Source of the DNA: Eledone cirrhosa
Taxonomy: Eukaryota
NCBI GenBank assembly: GCA_964016885.1
Contig: OZ024754.1
Location: 7,564,001 to 7,628,000, forward strand
Length of the DNA stretch: 64,000 nt
Direction of reading: 5' to 3'
In this document: in pieces, positions 1-12,855 of the stretch
Layout of the letters: every line of letters begins with the position of its first letter
Numbering within the stretch: the first letter of the stretch is position 1
The notes under the pieces: generated by a model
What the model saw: the letters and a program-made list of their open reading frames with translations, nothing else
What the model was told of the DNA's origin: nothing
Databases searched by the model: none
Made by a program: the position numbers and the translations under genes

Positions 1-3
1 TTT

Positions 4-260
4 TCAACTCTCCAACCACTCTATCTCTCTCTCACGTAACGGTGCAAGCCTGTCATTACTCTATCGTTATTTCCATGGGAAATTCTCTGGTGAATTCACT
101 CTCAAATACCCCGGACCCGTCTCGCTAAGTCCATTTAGGAAAACTTTCCACTCTTTATTCGTATAGCAAACATTAAACATAGGTTTCATGGAAACAGTTT
201 CACTCCTGGAATCGTATGTCTATCTAGGAATTGCTTTCCTTACGGCAACAACATTAACCT
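4..260 (+). mobile_element. Decayed 3' fragment of a Jockey/CR1-group LINE ORF2
   Basis: Translates with one frameshift as STLQPL..RNGASLSLLYRYFHGKFSGE, resembling the C-terminal LQPLSHRRNVASLSLFYRYYHG motif of this LINE group. Confidence 0.55.
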
Positions 261-1344
261 TTTAAGAAAAGAGTCAATAAGTACTTTAAATAAACTGCCA
301 GGTCCTCAGTTATTTTCTCGCTTCTGGTAATCACTCTTCCATTGAAACCGACATATATATGACATATATTACTGCATTGTTCAACATATAACGCTTCATT
401 TATAACCTGCAATATTAATCTCACACAATCTTTATATTTTACTTCATAATTATTCCATACTGAACTCTTATATTCGGTATTCTTGTTAATCAACGATGGT
501 ATTGCAGTCGGTTTATTGAAGCTATTGATTAATATGAAGATGAGAACTGATTAAAAATATGTTTAACACTGAGGTTTATTACTATGGGGGATTTTACCAG
601 CTTTAATACGCGTCTGGCAAAAGTGTTTGATCTGAAATATCCACTAATTAGTTTGGTGTTTATTTTACTCTTCATTTTACATTTCTTTGGAGGCTAACTG
701 GAAATTTGATTCCGAATACCACAATCCCAGATAACGTTTTAAAATATTGACTATTTTTATTGTCTGGCCCCATGTCAATCCTCATCAAATAATTCAATGC
801 GTTGTGACTGTGACCTTAATAACTCCTTTAGTTTGTGTCCTTACTTCAAGATATTGTGGTATAATTTGTAGATTTGGATGTTATTTCTGGCAGGTCAAAC
901 GGCAGTACAGAATCCCTCTCTGTTAGCTCGTAGGACGTGAATTTATGCTCAGAGGTTTCTGTATATCTCATGAGATAATGGCTTTTCACTTGAAAAGATC
1001 ATTTCTAAGGTATGTGAAGAGGTAAAGGAAATTGTGCAGCAGTCATTCATACATGTAACACTCTTCTCTCCGCGACCAAAATCGTATACAAGAGGAAAAG
1101 CAAGAAACATTGCATTTTGACACCAGTGAAGTCTCAAGCAAACTCAGAAATGGCCGAAAGTGAGACCTCGAGATATCATATCGGTCAGTCTACCTATTTC
1201 GCCAATTCACTGCCCTGATCTGCTATTTTATTTCCCATGAAAGGATAAATAACAGATAACTGGAAAGGACATTACATCCGATGTTCTCTCTTCTCTGTCA
1301 AATCGCCACCATATATGAGGGAAGTTCTGATGTTGTATATATTC

Positions 1345-1700
1345 TTGTGGGCGCAATATGGCAGAATGGTTAAGGATTTTGCTTCGCAATCATTAGGCCC
1401 AAGTTTGATTTCCACCTTGTACTATAAGTGATGTTTACCATAACCTCGAGTCGATCTATGAATTGTCAGTAACGTTGGGTAGACTGAAACTGACATTAAG
1501 CTCGTCGGATGTACTGGATCTATATTACAAAGGGCCGAGCTAGCCAAATAATGTTTCACGTTGATTCATCGCGATAATTATTTTAAGGGTACATGTGTCT
1601 GTGGAATACTCAGCTAACTACACGTTAATTTCATTAACAAGCGACACCGTTTATCGAATAAATGGAACATTGAAACTCGAAACCGACAGATGTCCCTATC
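1345..1700 (+). mobile_element. Diverged tRNA-derived SINE (family 2-like)
   Basis: A-box-like TGGCAGAATGG; tail gtgtctgtggaatactcagc shared with about 46896-46915. Confidence 0.5.
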
Positions 1701-2147
1701 AAATACATTCTATTTTATCGTTGATTTACGACGGTCACATCAACATTTTCTATGTTAAACTTAGAGAAATATTCCCGAGACATTAGATAAACAAACATCA
1801 AAATAACAATAATATATATTTCTTTATATAACTATACGAACATTTCCGCAATAAATGTCGAAGTCAGGAGTAACTAAAATAACCATTTTATTTATTGTTA
1901 TTAAAGACAGGGTTTTTATTGACATATCTTCTTCATTTTTATATGCTATAAAATCAAGGACTGTGTATTCTATCCAGGACTAGATTGGTGCAACTAATCG
2001 TAGTCGTACTGAATGTACCAACAGTTTTGAGACGTCAATGTTTTATTTCAATATTTATCGTCTGTTAAACATTTCACCATCACTAACGTTAGGCCACTAT
2101 CATTTCAGTATCATAGAATGTAATACGTTTGAAATCATTGGGAACAA

Positions 2148-2340
2148 GCAGGCACACACGCAAAGGCACACACGTACACAGGCACACACACACTCACAGG
2201 CACACACTCTCACAGGCACACACTCACTCACAGGCACACACTCACTCACAGGAACACACACTCACAGGAACACACACTCACAGGAACACACACTCACAGG
2301 AACACACACTCACAGGAACACACACTCACCAGCACACACT
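2148..2340. repeat. Minisatellite, 16-20 bp unit (cacacactcacagg[aa])
   Basis: Directly visible tandem repeat; source of ORFs 2038..2352 and 2129..2359. Confidence 0.9.
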
Positions 2341-3736
2341 GGCAATTATTAATAGATAACCAGTGGATTCTCGACGGAATTTGAAATAATACCATCTTAG
2401 ACGTAGATGTTTGTATTCCGGATTATTTGTATGTGCTAAACTAGGAACATATATACACAACAAAATGATATGATATAGATGGATGTTATTTTAAATATTC
2501 ATACAATATAGAGATCAATAGTATAGACTTGACCGACAGTGCATCAGTTAATATATTGTAAATTATTCATCATGTATGTACTAGAATAATGTGATATAAA
2601 CGAACTGTGTAGGTGTGGTTATTATGTTAATATATCCACTAATATGTTTATTATATCATACAAAAAACAACGCAAAACTGTTTGAACCATTTACGCTGTG
2701 TAGTCTGAAGGAATAGACCACATAAACACTAAATAATTCATCTCATCAGGTTTATCTTTTATTATCAATGTGATTAGACTTCTATTCCTGTATCTTCTAA
2801 TACTTCTTTTATTAAATAAGTAGAAATAAACATCTTAGTAGACTTAGACAATATCTTCGTTCATTATTGATGTCTCAAGTTCATGTTTTTACCATTTGCC
2901 CTTTATGTCACTTTTGGTTTTTGTCTCGTCTTCTGCTACGTGTTTCTATAAAAGAAAAGAAAAGGAAAACTATTCTACATTTAAGAAATCACTGATTCTG
3001 GCATTTCTCCAGTTTACGCAAGATTCTGCTACTCATGGAAATCTTAATATATTCTCATCTAATTATTATTTTATTCTTCCAACACTTCGTAGGATTTTCA
3101 AATGAATATATTAGAATTCTAATGCTGTAGTTTAAACACTGATCTTTTGTCATTTCACTCTTCTTAATAAACATCACTATGACAACTTCTCAATTTGATA
3201 TTCCCTTTACACTGTTTCATAGTTACTAGTAAATATATTGTCTAGAACTTCTGATGGAAACGTCGATATGATATCGCATTAATAGCAAAGCAGACAGTTT
3301 TTCACTATCTACTATCAGTCTTGCGTCTGTGACTAAGACTCCTTAGTATAGTTCAAGTTCAAATTATGTGTCATTAATTCAGACAGTATTATATTGGGAA
3401 ATCTTAGATTGTAACAGAAACGAATATTCTATCCTGTATATTAGAAACCAAACAGAGGATATGATAATTTAATACTGTGGCTATTATTACATGTGAATTA
3501 AAAAAAAAGTTTCTACCAGAGAATTCAAATTAGGTGTGTACTCTATCAACAACAAACTCAACCTGAATATATATATATAATGTAAATATATGTAAATATT
3601 AGCGAAGGCCTTGTGAAGTTGTGCGATTGTGAATTTCTTAACTCTAGTCGGTTGACAGCTTATACAAATTATATGTATAATTATATATATTTGTTTTGCA
3701 AGGTTTCTGATATAAAACACGTGCATAATAGTACAA

Positions 3737-3770
3737 CTGAAGATGACACAGATGTGTGATGAAAGGCCTT
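3737..3770 (+). ncRNA. Degenerate minimal hammerhead ribozyme core
   Basis: CTGAAGA-TG ACAC agat GTGT GAT-GAAA-GGCC-TT: core, 4-bp stem II and palindromic stem III (AGGCCT); stem I not evident. Confidence 0.45.
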
Positions 3771-3917
3771 TCATAGACTATATATATATATAAAGAATTA
3801 GTATATCTAGTAACATATATATACACAGATGCATACTTATGCTAGCAAATATATAGGTTTTGTCTTAGTAACTTTGTGGTTCAAAGTAAGTTAATTTTAT
3901 AATTTTCTTATTTTATG

Positions 3918-3964
<47 letters not shown>

Positions 3965-4130
3965 CTGTATTTTTAACCGTTGGTCAACAAATGAGAAACA
4001 TTGATTGCCAGATAAATTAACTATGAAGATATAAAAGATAAAGAAGCGAAAAGTAACCGAAATCAAACAGTGAGTGTGTTTTATTATTATTTCTGGCAAT
4101 ATTATAACAATATGACCCTCCACATATATA
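3965..4130 (-). mobile_element. Unclassified interspersed repeat (family G)
   Basis: Homologous to 38915-39125 (+), 44335-44497 (-) and 54705-54830, for example aaacagtgagtgtgtt...ttctggcaatattat. Confidence 0.7.
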
Positions 4131-4307
4131 ACAATATATATATTATATATAGATAAATAGATGTAGATATATTTATATGTGTGTGAATGCATGTTTGAAT
4201 ATTTATATATATATGTGTATAAGTATGAATACATGTTTGTTTTAAGCACGTGTTTGGTTTGTTGCACTTCTTATTGCGTGAGGTTTAATCCATGAAAACG
4301 TGAAAAA

Positions 4308-4405
4308 TTCTCAATAATAAATTCTCAATAATAAATTCTCAATAATAAATTTTCAATAATAAATTCTCAATAATAAATTCTCAATAATAAATTCTCAATA
4401 ATAAA
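4308..4405. repeat. 14-bp tandem repeat (aattctcaataata) x~7
   Basis: Directly visible. Confidence 0.95.
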
Positions 4406-5114
4406 TGTTTAAGATATATCAAAGTTTCTTAAAGGAAAAATGGAATCAATATCTGAGTGTAATAAAACTATAATATTAGATATATCTAGAAGTTACCAGT
4501 GGCCTCTTTCTATGACGTCTCTCTGTTATATAAATATATATATATATTCTGAGCGATTCAAAAGCCACACATTCGGCTTCCTACATTATCCCGAATTATG
4601 TTTGTGGATATTTCTACAAATAAGCATTTATTGTTATTTTTTATTGAAATAATTATCTTTAAAAGCTTTCTGTTTGAATAAGCAAAATTGTTCTGTTAAT
4701 TTACTTCACTCTCAAAACCAGATTTTGAATAGCTGTGTGTTATAATGTGTTCGTTTTCTCATCTATCTGTTTGATTAGGTTTCTGTCTGTTTTTATGTAT
4801 ATGTATGTATATTTGTTTATATATAAACAGAAAACTAGGTGCGTGTGAGCACACACCCAATCACGCAAAAATTGGTTCAATTTAAATTCCTTCTTGAAAT
4901 ATATATACTTACAGCAATGATAACGTATATATCTGACAAAATCTTTCAAAATTCATTGTTTTGGAAACTTAAGTTACATTATGAAAAAAATATTTAATGG
5001 AGAGCAAGTCTCGTCTGTTTGGTTAAGGAGTTCGCTTCGCAAGGATGTGATCCTGGATTAAGTCCACTACACAGCACCTTGGATTGACCAAAACCTGAGT
5101 GGAACTCATGCATA

Positions 5115-6580
5115 TTAAAGGTAAATAGAAATAACAACACAATCAGTACAGTATATGGAAGGAATATATTAACGTTTTAAATAGCAGGAAGAGGGTCTTA
5201 ACGTTTCGGGCGCTAGTTCTTCATCAGAAGAAAGAATGGGTAATTAGATAGATTGAAGGGACGGGCGGGGTGAAATTGTAAAAAATGTTTTTAGAGAAAA
5301 TAACAGATCCATTCATGTTTATATATATATATAAATATATATATTAGAAAGTGAGGGTTTTTTTTTACAAAATGAAAAATAACCGAGGTGTCCTACACGA
5401 GTGAAAGTATAAAGAAAAAAAGATGAAATCGAAAATGCAACTGGAGTCTTATTTAAAAAAATATATATATATTTATTTGGTTCCTTTACCGGTTTCGCTG
5501 TTCTTCTGCTTTTCAAAAGTAGAGTTGAGATGGAGGGTCTATAGTTTTTCTCACATCTGGTTGGTCTTTGAATGTTACTTGTTTTATATGGAAAAAAGTG
5601 GCTCGAAACGCCAAGTTTTTAGAAAAGTAATTTGATTGGTTGGTCAATAAGTATAATAAATTTCACGCCTGTTCGCGTTACAACGTTCTGCAAACATGGG
5701 TGGGGGGGTGCTCAGGTTGTTTTTTTATATATGAGTGTTTGAATTACTTTTTACTTAAAAGGCTTTTTCCAAAAAAATGTAATCTGATTGGTTATAAATG
5801 AGATTATGGCTGTCACGTGAACAAGTTTATTAAATTTTGCGCCCGTATTTCGGAATTTGTTTTGTAGCCTTTTAGAGAATTTTATAACAATAAAAAAAAG
5901 TGGCTCACAAAGGCTTTTTTTTTTTAAAATGCAATTTGATTGGTTATAAATGAAATTATGACTGTCACGTGCACAAGTTCCGCGCCCGTATTATTTATTT
6001 TGTAGCCATTTAGAGAATTTTATGACAAGCAAAAGAATGGCCAAGAGAAATTGGATTGGAGAATTGTTCTGGTTCAGTGAATATGGCTTGTTCGCTGGGG
6101 TGTCAGAGTTCAGATTTTCTATTGAAATAAAGTAGACATATGTATGTTTATTTGTGTGTTTGTGTGTGTATGTATATGGGTGTTGTGTGTGTGGGAGTAT
6201 GTTAAGATGGAGAGAATATATATGTTGTGTGTGTGTAGGAAAGTGATTCTATTAGTAGAAATGGGGGAGGGAATTGTGTGTGTGTGTGTGGTGGGGATTA
6301 TGTGTGTGTGTATGGGTGTTATGTGTGTGTGGGAGTATGGTTAGCATGTTAAGATGAAGAGAATATATATTTTGTGTGTAGGAAAATGATTCCGTTAGGA
6401 GGAATATTTTTGAATGAACATATTTTCCTTACTTATTCGTATTTGTTCTGTTGTATTGTCGGCGCAAACGTATGTTAAGGTTTATTTAGTTCGGGTCTTT
6501 ATTTTCTAAAGTAGGTGTTATGTGTGTGTGTATGAGTCTGTTTGTATGGTTAGCATGTTATGGTGTTGACATAATGTATA
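5115..6580 (-). mobile_element. 3' UTR / pLTR-like region of the Penelope-like element
   Basis: Follows the ORF stop, holds a partial repeat of the ORF end (6411-6468) and ends near a hammerhead motif; its terminal segment recurs at 19343-19430 and 60229-60302. Confidence 0.65.
5197..5231 (-). ncRNA. Minimal type I hammerhead ribozyme, Penelope-associated, stem II damaged
   Basis: Minus strand reads TCTT-CTGATGA-AGAACTAGCGCCC-GAAAC-GTT-AAGA: stem I TCTT/AAGA, palindromic stem III, GUU triplet. Stem II pairs only if GAAC was once GGGC. Confidence 0.7.
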
Positions 6581-8058
6581 TTAAACCATATTTAATGCTG
6601 GTCTATAATTTTGAATAAACATATTTTCCTTATTTATTCGTATTTGTTCTGTTGTAATGTCAGCGCAAAGGTAAAATGGGAAGACTTGGAATTTGGGTGT
6701 CTTATTACTTGCGCAAATGTCTAGATGTGCGCTTAGTGGTATCTGTCTCGTGGTTTGGATCTCGTAATTGTTGGCGATGAACTGTCATTCTATTTCTGAG
6801 TGTGAGTTTAGTTTTGTCCTATATACTCTTCATTGCATCCTTTACATTTAATGGCATATATTAGATTTTTTGATGAGCAAGTGAAGTGATTTTTTTACAG
6901 CAAAATGTTGTCCTGATTTAAATGTATACGTGTTGCCTTCAATGAGGTGAGTGCAGGTTTCACAATTAGAGCGACCACATTTTTTGACAGTTGGTTGTGG
7001 GTTTGTGGTAGGTAATTTGGCATTGTTGAGTAATGTTTTCAGTGATTTCGGTTGTCTTTTGCTTTTGATTATTTTGTGTGTTTCAAGGGCTTTTTTCATT
7101 CTTGTCTTGTTTCAGTAGTGGGATGTTCTTGTGAATAGTGTTGTAAGCTTCCGCATTTCTTGGGTTGTGTGTTGAGATATATGATAGAATATTGGACGTA
7201 CCTTGAATTTGTTTCTGTTTTCGTAATTCATCAATGCCTATTACTTTAGCCCTTTCTATTCCATTATTTATTAGTAATGGTGGGTAATGTCTTTCGAGTA
7301 GAATTTCCTTTAATTCTTGAAGTCTTTTATTTCGCGTTTCATAAATGGAGACAATTGTGCAAATTCTTCTTGCTAGGTTAAAAGGAATGTTCGTCTTCGT
7401 GTGCTTAGGATGGTTGGAGGTGAATAGCAGGTATTGTTTGGAATCTGTTGGTTTGTAGTGTATGTCAGTTTCAATATTTTTGTCTTTTTTTAAGATTGTC
7501 TTTTTTTGTCCAGAAATGGGAGTTGATCTTGACTGTATTCCATTGTGAATTGGATGTAGTTATTGATGGCGTTTACTAAATTTTTGAAATCATTCAGTTG
7601 GTCGAGTGTGTGGGGCCAAAGAATGAGACAATCATCCAAGTAGCGTTTCCAATTCTCTGATAAATATTTGTGGAAGTTCAATCCGTATTTTGATTTGTTC
7701 ATAAATCTGGACTTCTAAGTATGCCGTGACTGAGTTGGCATAAGTCGGCGCGGCTTTTGTACCCATCGCAGTCCCCGATATTTGCTTGTGAGTACTGCCA
7801 TCGAAATCAAAAAAAGTTGTTCTGTAAGATAAATTTGAATCCCTCGGAGATGAATCTTTTTTCTATTCTGTCAGGAATCTCATTGGGATATTTCTCTAGC
7901 CAGAATCCTATTGCTTCTAGTCCGTATTGGTGTCGGATCGTTGTGTAGAGATTCACTACATCGGAAGACACAATAATAGTATCATTATTGATATGTTTGA
8001 GGAGGTGGTTTAAGAGGTCAAGATCGTCTCTTACAACGCTTGGTATGTGTTTGAGAAT
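6581..8058 (-). pseudogene. Penelope-like element RT + GIY-YIG endonuclease ORF, 5'-truncated and frameshifted
   Basis: Minus-strand motifs SSDVVNLYT, GTAMGTKAAPTYA, WKRYLDD, LPFLD, CGRSNCETC linker, NLIYAIKCKGCNEEYIGQ (GIY-YIG), and C-terminal ENMFIQNYRPALNMV*. Confidence 0.93.
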
Positions 8059-8270
8059 GTATATATATATATATATTCAGGTTTGAGGTTCACCACTGTA
8101 TAGAGCTGGTCTATTCCGTATGGTCAATCGTAATGCAATAATATAGAGAGTACTCAACGTAAAGCAGTTCAACCGTCTTTGTTTTTGTAGTTGGTGGTGC
8201 TATTACGGAGTTAAATATTATAATGAAATGACAGGAGGCTGGATTTGTGTAAATCCTTGAAAGGTTTATT

Positions 8271-8328
8271 ATACTATGATCATTTCAATGACCGGGTTCC
8301 GTATGAATCCGGTGATATCATCAGGTAT
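8271..8328 (-). ncRNA. Minimal type I hammerhead ribozyme with intact core
   Basis: Minus strand reads ATAC-CTGATGA-T ATCACCGGATTC atacg GAACCCGGTCAT T-GAAA-TGATC-ATA-GTAT: stem I ATAC/GTAT, stem II 10 of 12 bp, palindromic stem III ATGATCAT, AUA triplet. Confidence 0.8.
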
Positions 8329-8400
8329 TCGAAATATAATACGTGAATGTAATAGGTAAAATCCATGGGGCTGAAAATCGAGACCCATTATATATATATA

Positions 8401-8491
8401 TCTGGAGTTGCGACCGATAGATAGTATTAGCAATTGGAAAGACCAACGGAAACATTGTTCCCTCGGTCCGATTCGACGAGAGTCGATCGTT

Positions 8492-8494
<3 letters not shown>
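8401..8494 (+). mobile_element. 5'-truncated SINE family 2 in (TA)n
   Basis: Nearly identical to 12762-12853. Confidence 0.85.
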
Positions 8495-8536
<42 letters not shown>

Positions 8537-8555
8537 TACACCACACACACACTAT

Positions 8556-8654
8556 TAGTACAGATTAAAGTTTAAGAAAACAATTTATGCATTCACGCTA
8601 TTACCGTAATAGAGTTAAAGCAGAAATTCTTTTCTTAAAATTTAATCTGTACTA
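8556..8654. repeat. Fold-back element, 'cagattaaag' family (diverged)
   Basis: tagtacagattaaagtttaagaaaa pairs with ttttcttaaaatttaatctgtacta. Confidence 0.75.
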
Positions 8655-8703
8655 CTAATAAATATTTGCTCTACGGGTTTATATACACTTTTTTATATTT
8701 GTA

Positions 8704-8782
8704 CAGGGTGTCCCCCCAAAATATATGCACACTTCAATAACATTCGAGTAAAAGTGTGTAGACATTGTTTTGGGACACCTTG
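8704..8782. mobile_element. Tc1/mariner-type MITE
   Basis: TA-CAGGGTGTCCC...GGGACACCTTG-TA; related copy at 56821-56921. Confidence 0.8.
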
Positions 8783-9239
8783 TATTAAATTTCTGCTGAA
8801 ATGCCGCAGTAATTAATCTACAAAAGATATGTTGTTAACTATTTAATATTCTTCAAAGTATGTTTAATATATAATTGTATATTCCCATTCACCGTTATAA
8901 TACGGATATACAGTTTTAAAATGTCTTCTTAATAGTTTTGTAAGTTTTACTGTAAGATACATATTCTAAACCCCATCCTTTTTACACGTTTATACAAATA
9001 TTTCTAGAATGTGATAATTACACCCTCCCTTCTAATGTATATTGGTATATATAATCATATAATGGCGATTTCAGTTATGCGTAAGTTGCAAAATAATTAA
9101 AAGACCTAAACAAACAAAAAAATTAAGTCATATTTCAGCACGTTCCGTTTTAGAAAAATATATTATTGTCTACTTCATCGTAAATTATGTTTAAGGTAAT
9201 TTCTTTTTAGAAAGTATTTACACACATACATACACACCA

Positions 9240-10597
9240 TACACGAATTATATATACATATATACACATATATGAATGTATATATATGTATGTATATGTG
9301 TATATATATATATAATATATATATGTATGTATATGTGTATATATATATATAATATATATATGTATGTATATGTGTATATATATATATATAATATATGTAT
9401 GTATATGTGTATATAATATATATATGTATGTATATATATAATAAATATATATATAATATATGTATGTATATATATAATAAATATATATATAATATATGTA
9501 TGTATATATATAATAAATATATATATATGTATATGTGTATATATATATATGTATGTATATATATTTATTATATATATGTATATATATGTGTGTGTATATA
9601 TATGTGTGTATATATATGTATATATATATGTGCCTGTGTGTATGTATATACGTGTGCATATATATGTTTGTGCATTTATGTGTATCTATATCTGTGAATA
9701 TATCTTTGAGTATATATAAATGTGTATATATAAATGTGTATATATAAATGTGTATATATAAATGTGTATATATATATATGTGTGTATATATATCTGTGTG
9801 TATATATATATGCGTATATATATATATGTGTATATATATCTGTGTGTATATATATATATGCGTATATATATGTGTGTATATATATATGTGTGTATATATA
9901 TATGTGTGTATATATATATGTGTGTATATATATATATGTGTGTATATATATATATGTGTGTATATATATATGTGTATATATATATGTGTGTATATATATA
10001 TGTGTGTATATATATATGTGTATATATATATATGTGTATATATATATATGTGTATATATATATATGTGTATATATATATGTGTATATATATGTGTATATA
10101 TATATATGTGTATATATATATATATATGTGTATATATATATATGTGTATATATATATATATGTGTGTATATATATATATGTGTATATATATGTGTGTATA
10201 TATATGTGTGTATATATATGTGTATATATATATGTGTGTATATATATATGTGTGTATATATATATGTGTGTATATATATATGTGTGTATATATATATGTG
10301 TGTATATATATGTGTGTGTATATATATGTGTGTGTATATATATGTGTGTGTATATATATGTGTTTATATGTCTGTATATATATATATGTGTGTATACATG
10401 TGTGTATATATGTGTATATATTTATATATATGTGTGTATGTATGTATGAATATATATATATATATATGTGTATGTATGTATGTATGAATATATATATATA
10501 TGTGTGTGTATGTATGTATGAATATATATATATATATATGTGTGTGTATGTATGTAAGAATATATATATATATATATGTGTGTGTATGTATGTATGA

Positions 10598-10629
<32 letters not shown>

Positions 10630-10677
10630 ATGTATGAATATATATATATATATATATGTGTGTGTATGTATGTATGA

Positions 10678-10709
<32 letters not shown>

Positions 10710-11075
10710 ATGTATGAATATATATATATATATATATGTGTGTGTATGTATGTATGAATATATATATATATATATATGTGTGTGTATGTATGTATGAATA
10801 TATATATATATATATATGTGTGTGTATGTATGTATGAATATATATATATATATATATGTGTGTGTATGTATGTATGAATATATATATATATATATATGTG
10901 TGTGTATGTATGTATGAATATATATATATATATATATGTGTGTGTATGTATGTATGAATATATATATATATATATATGTGTGTGTATGTATGTATGAATA
11001 TATATATATATATATATATGTGTGTATGTATGTATGAATATATATATATATATGTGTATGTATATATATATAGTT
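9240..11075. repeat. Compound (TA)/(TG) microsatellite with ~30-40 bp higher-order units
   Basis: Directly visible; gtgtgtatgtatgtatgaa(ta)n units from about 10430. Confidence 0.97.
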
Positions 11076-11488
11076 TGTAGTTTATTGAATTTCCGTCGAA
11101 ACAAAAATGTCCATAAACATCTCCTATGAGAAGAACAACATTCGGATATCTTTATACAACCGTGAATTGGTGCTGAAATAGAATAGAGACAAGAAGAAGC
11201 TTCGAGGCATCGTGAGAATATGATTAACATATACACGTTTACGTGTATATAATCATACATATGTATGTGTCTATCTATATTTCGATGCACATTTATGTAT
11301 TCGTCTATATGAGACCGCCTGTATTCATTTCTCTATATAATGCCCTCTACTGTACCAAACCTAAGTATTTCAACAACAGCGAAGACGAACTTTATTATCA
11401 ATATATATTCATGTTATTCTCATGAATCATAATAGAGTGGTAGAATGTTATAATTTCGTGTGAGATGGATTTCATTAAAATTTCATGT

Positions 11489-11640
11489 TTGGCAATTGTA
11501 GTTGTTGCTTTAGTTGTCATTGTTCTCGTTGTTGTTGTTGGCAATTGTAGTTGTTGCTTTAGTTGCCATTGTTCTCGTTGTTGTTGTTGGCAATTGTAGT
11601 TGTTGCTTTAGTTGTCATTGTTCTCGTTGTTGTTGTTGCC
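11489..11640. repeat. ~49-bp tandem repeat x3
   Basis: ttggcaattgtagttgttgctttagttgtcattgttctcgttgttg repeated. Confidence 0.9.
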
Positions 11641-12237
11641 AACGCTGTTTTGATTGCTGTTGTCCTTGGTTCTGTAGTAGTTATTGTTGGTGGTGCTGGT
11701 AGTGGTGCTGGTAGTGGGTCGTTGTAGAATTTGGTGATATTTTTCTTAAGAATTCATTCACCGAGGAAACTAACCTTCCTTTCAATAATTCTGCACTGAT
11801 ACAAAACAGCCAGATGCACATAATTATATTATTGACGGTAGATTCCCTTCTGCACGGTATTTTGTTTAATTCAGTCAATTATTATTTACATTCAGCAAAC
11901 AAATCATGCAATACACACCAAAAAAAAAAAAACTAACACTTCTCAACTACATTATAAATATTGATTTTGCTTATTTAATATAAACGCAAGGAATTAAATT
12001 ATGAGAGAGTTGTACAGTTTAGTTATATCGGCCACAGTACAGAAAACAACTTCCCTGAAGAAAGGGAAAATAGTTTATTTGTGCCATAATGGAAATCAGA
12101 ACATAAAGGGCTGTGATTAGATATTACGGTGCTATTATCAATAATAGGTGAATACACATTCCATTATATTGTAGAGATGTTATGTGTATATATAGACATA
12201 TGTACACACACGCACTCGCATCGCATCGCATCGCATC

Positions 12238-12503
12238 AGAAACGGAGAATCAGTGGCGCGACGAATAAGATTTATTAGACTTATTACAATCGTATCTCTG
12301 GCGACCAGCTCGAGGCACGATCGATGCAATGATCAAATCTGACTCTGAAATCGCAAGATCCTCAGATATGTCTCGATTCTACGAAGCAGAGTTTCCATTT
12401 GGAAACTCTGCTTCGTAGAAGCGGACCTCGAGCTGGTCGCCAGAGAAACGATTGTAATATGTCTAATAAGTCTTATTCGTCGCACCACTGATTCTCTGTT
12501 TCT
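12238..12503. repeat. Fold-back element with nested perfect hairpin
   Basis: Arms 12238-12315 and 12426-12503 with 5 mismatches; inner perfect 20-bp stem 12377-12420. Confidence 0.93.
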
Positions 12504-12632
12504 TATGTAATATTATACTCTGCTCTGTAAGAGCATCGAATGCTCAAACGGCCTACCGCTTAAGGATACTTTAAGCATCTCACACCAATTTTATATATTG
12601 TACACACACACACACATTATATATATATATAT

Positions 12633-12855
12633 AGGTGAAGGCGTGTGGCTGAGTGGTTAGAGAATTGGATTCGTAATTGTAAGGTTGTGAGTTCGATTCC
12701 TGGACCAGGTGATGCGTTATGTCCTTGAGCAAGACACTTTATTTCACGTTGCTCCTTCTACCTGGAGTTGCGACCGATAGATAGTATTAGCAATTGGAAA
12801 GACCAACGGAAACATTGTTCCCTCGGTCCGATTTGACGAAAGTCGATCGTTCCTT
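12633..12855 (+). mobile_element. tRNA-derived SINE family 2, full length
   Basis: A box TGGCTGAGTGG, B box GAGTTCGATTCC, gtccttgagcaagacactt core; copies at 39520-39745, 8401-8494 and 18220-18350 (-). Confidence 0.88.

Noticed and set aside
11514-11702. Cys-rich peptide with signal-like N-terminus
   Set aside because: Product of the 49-bp and (GTT)n repeats.
12633-12710. tRNA gene
   Set aside because: A and B boxes continue into a SINE body; no complete cloverleaf; dispersed diverged copies.
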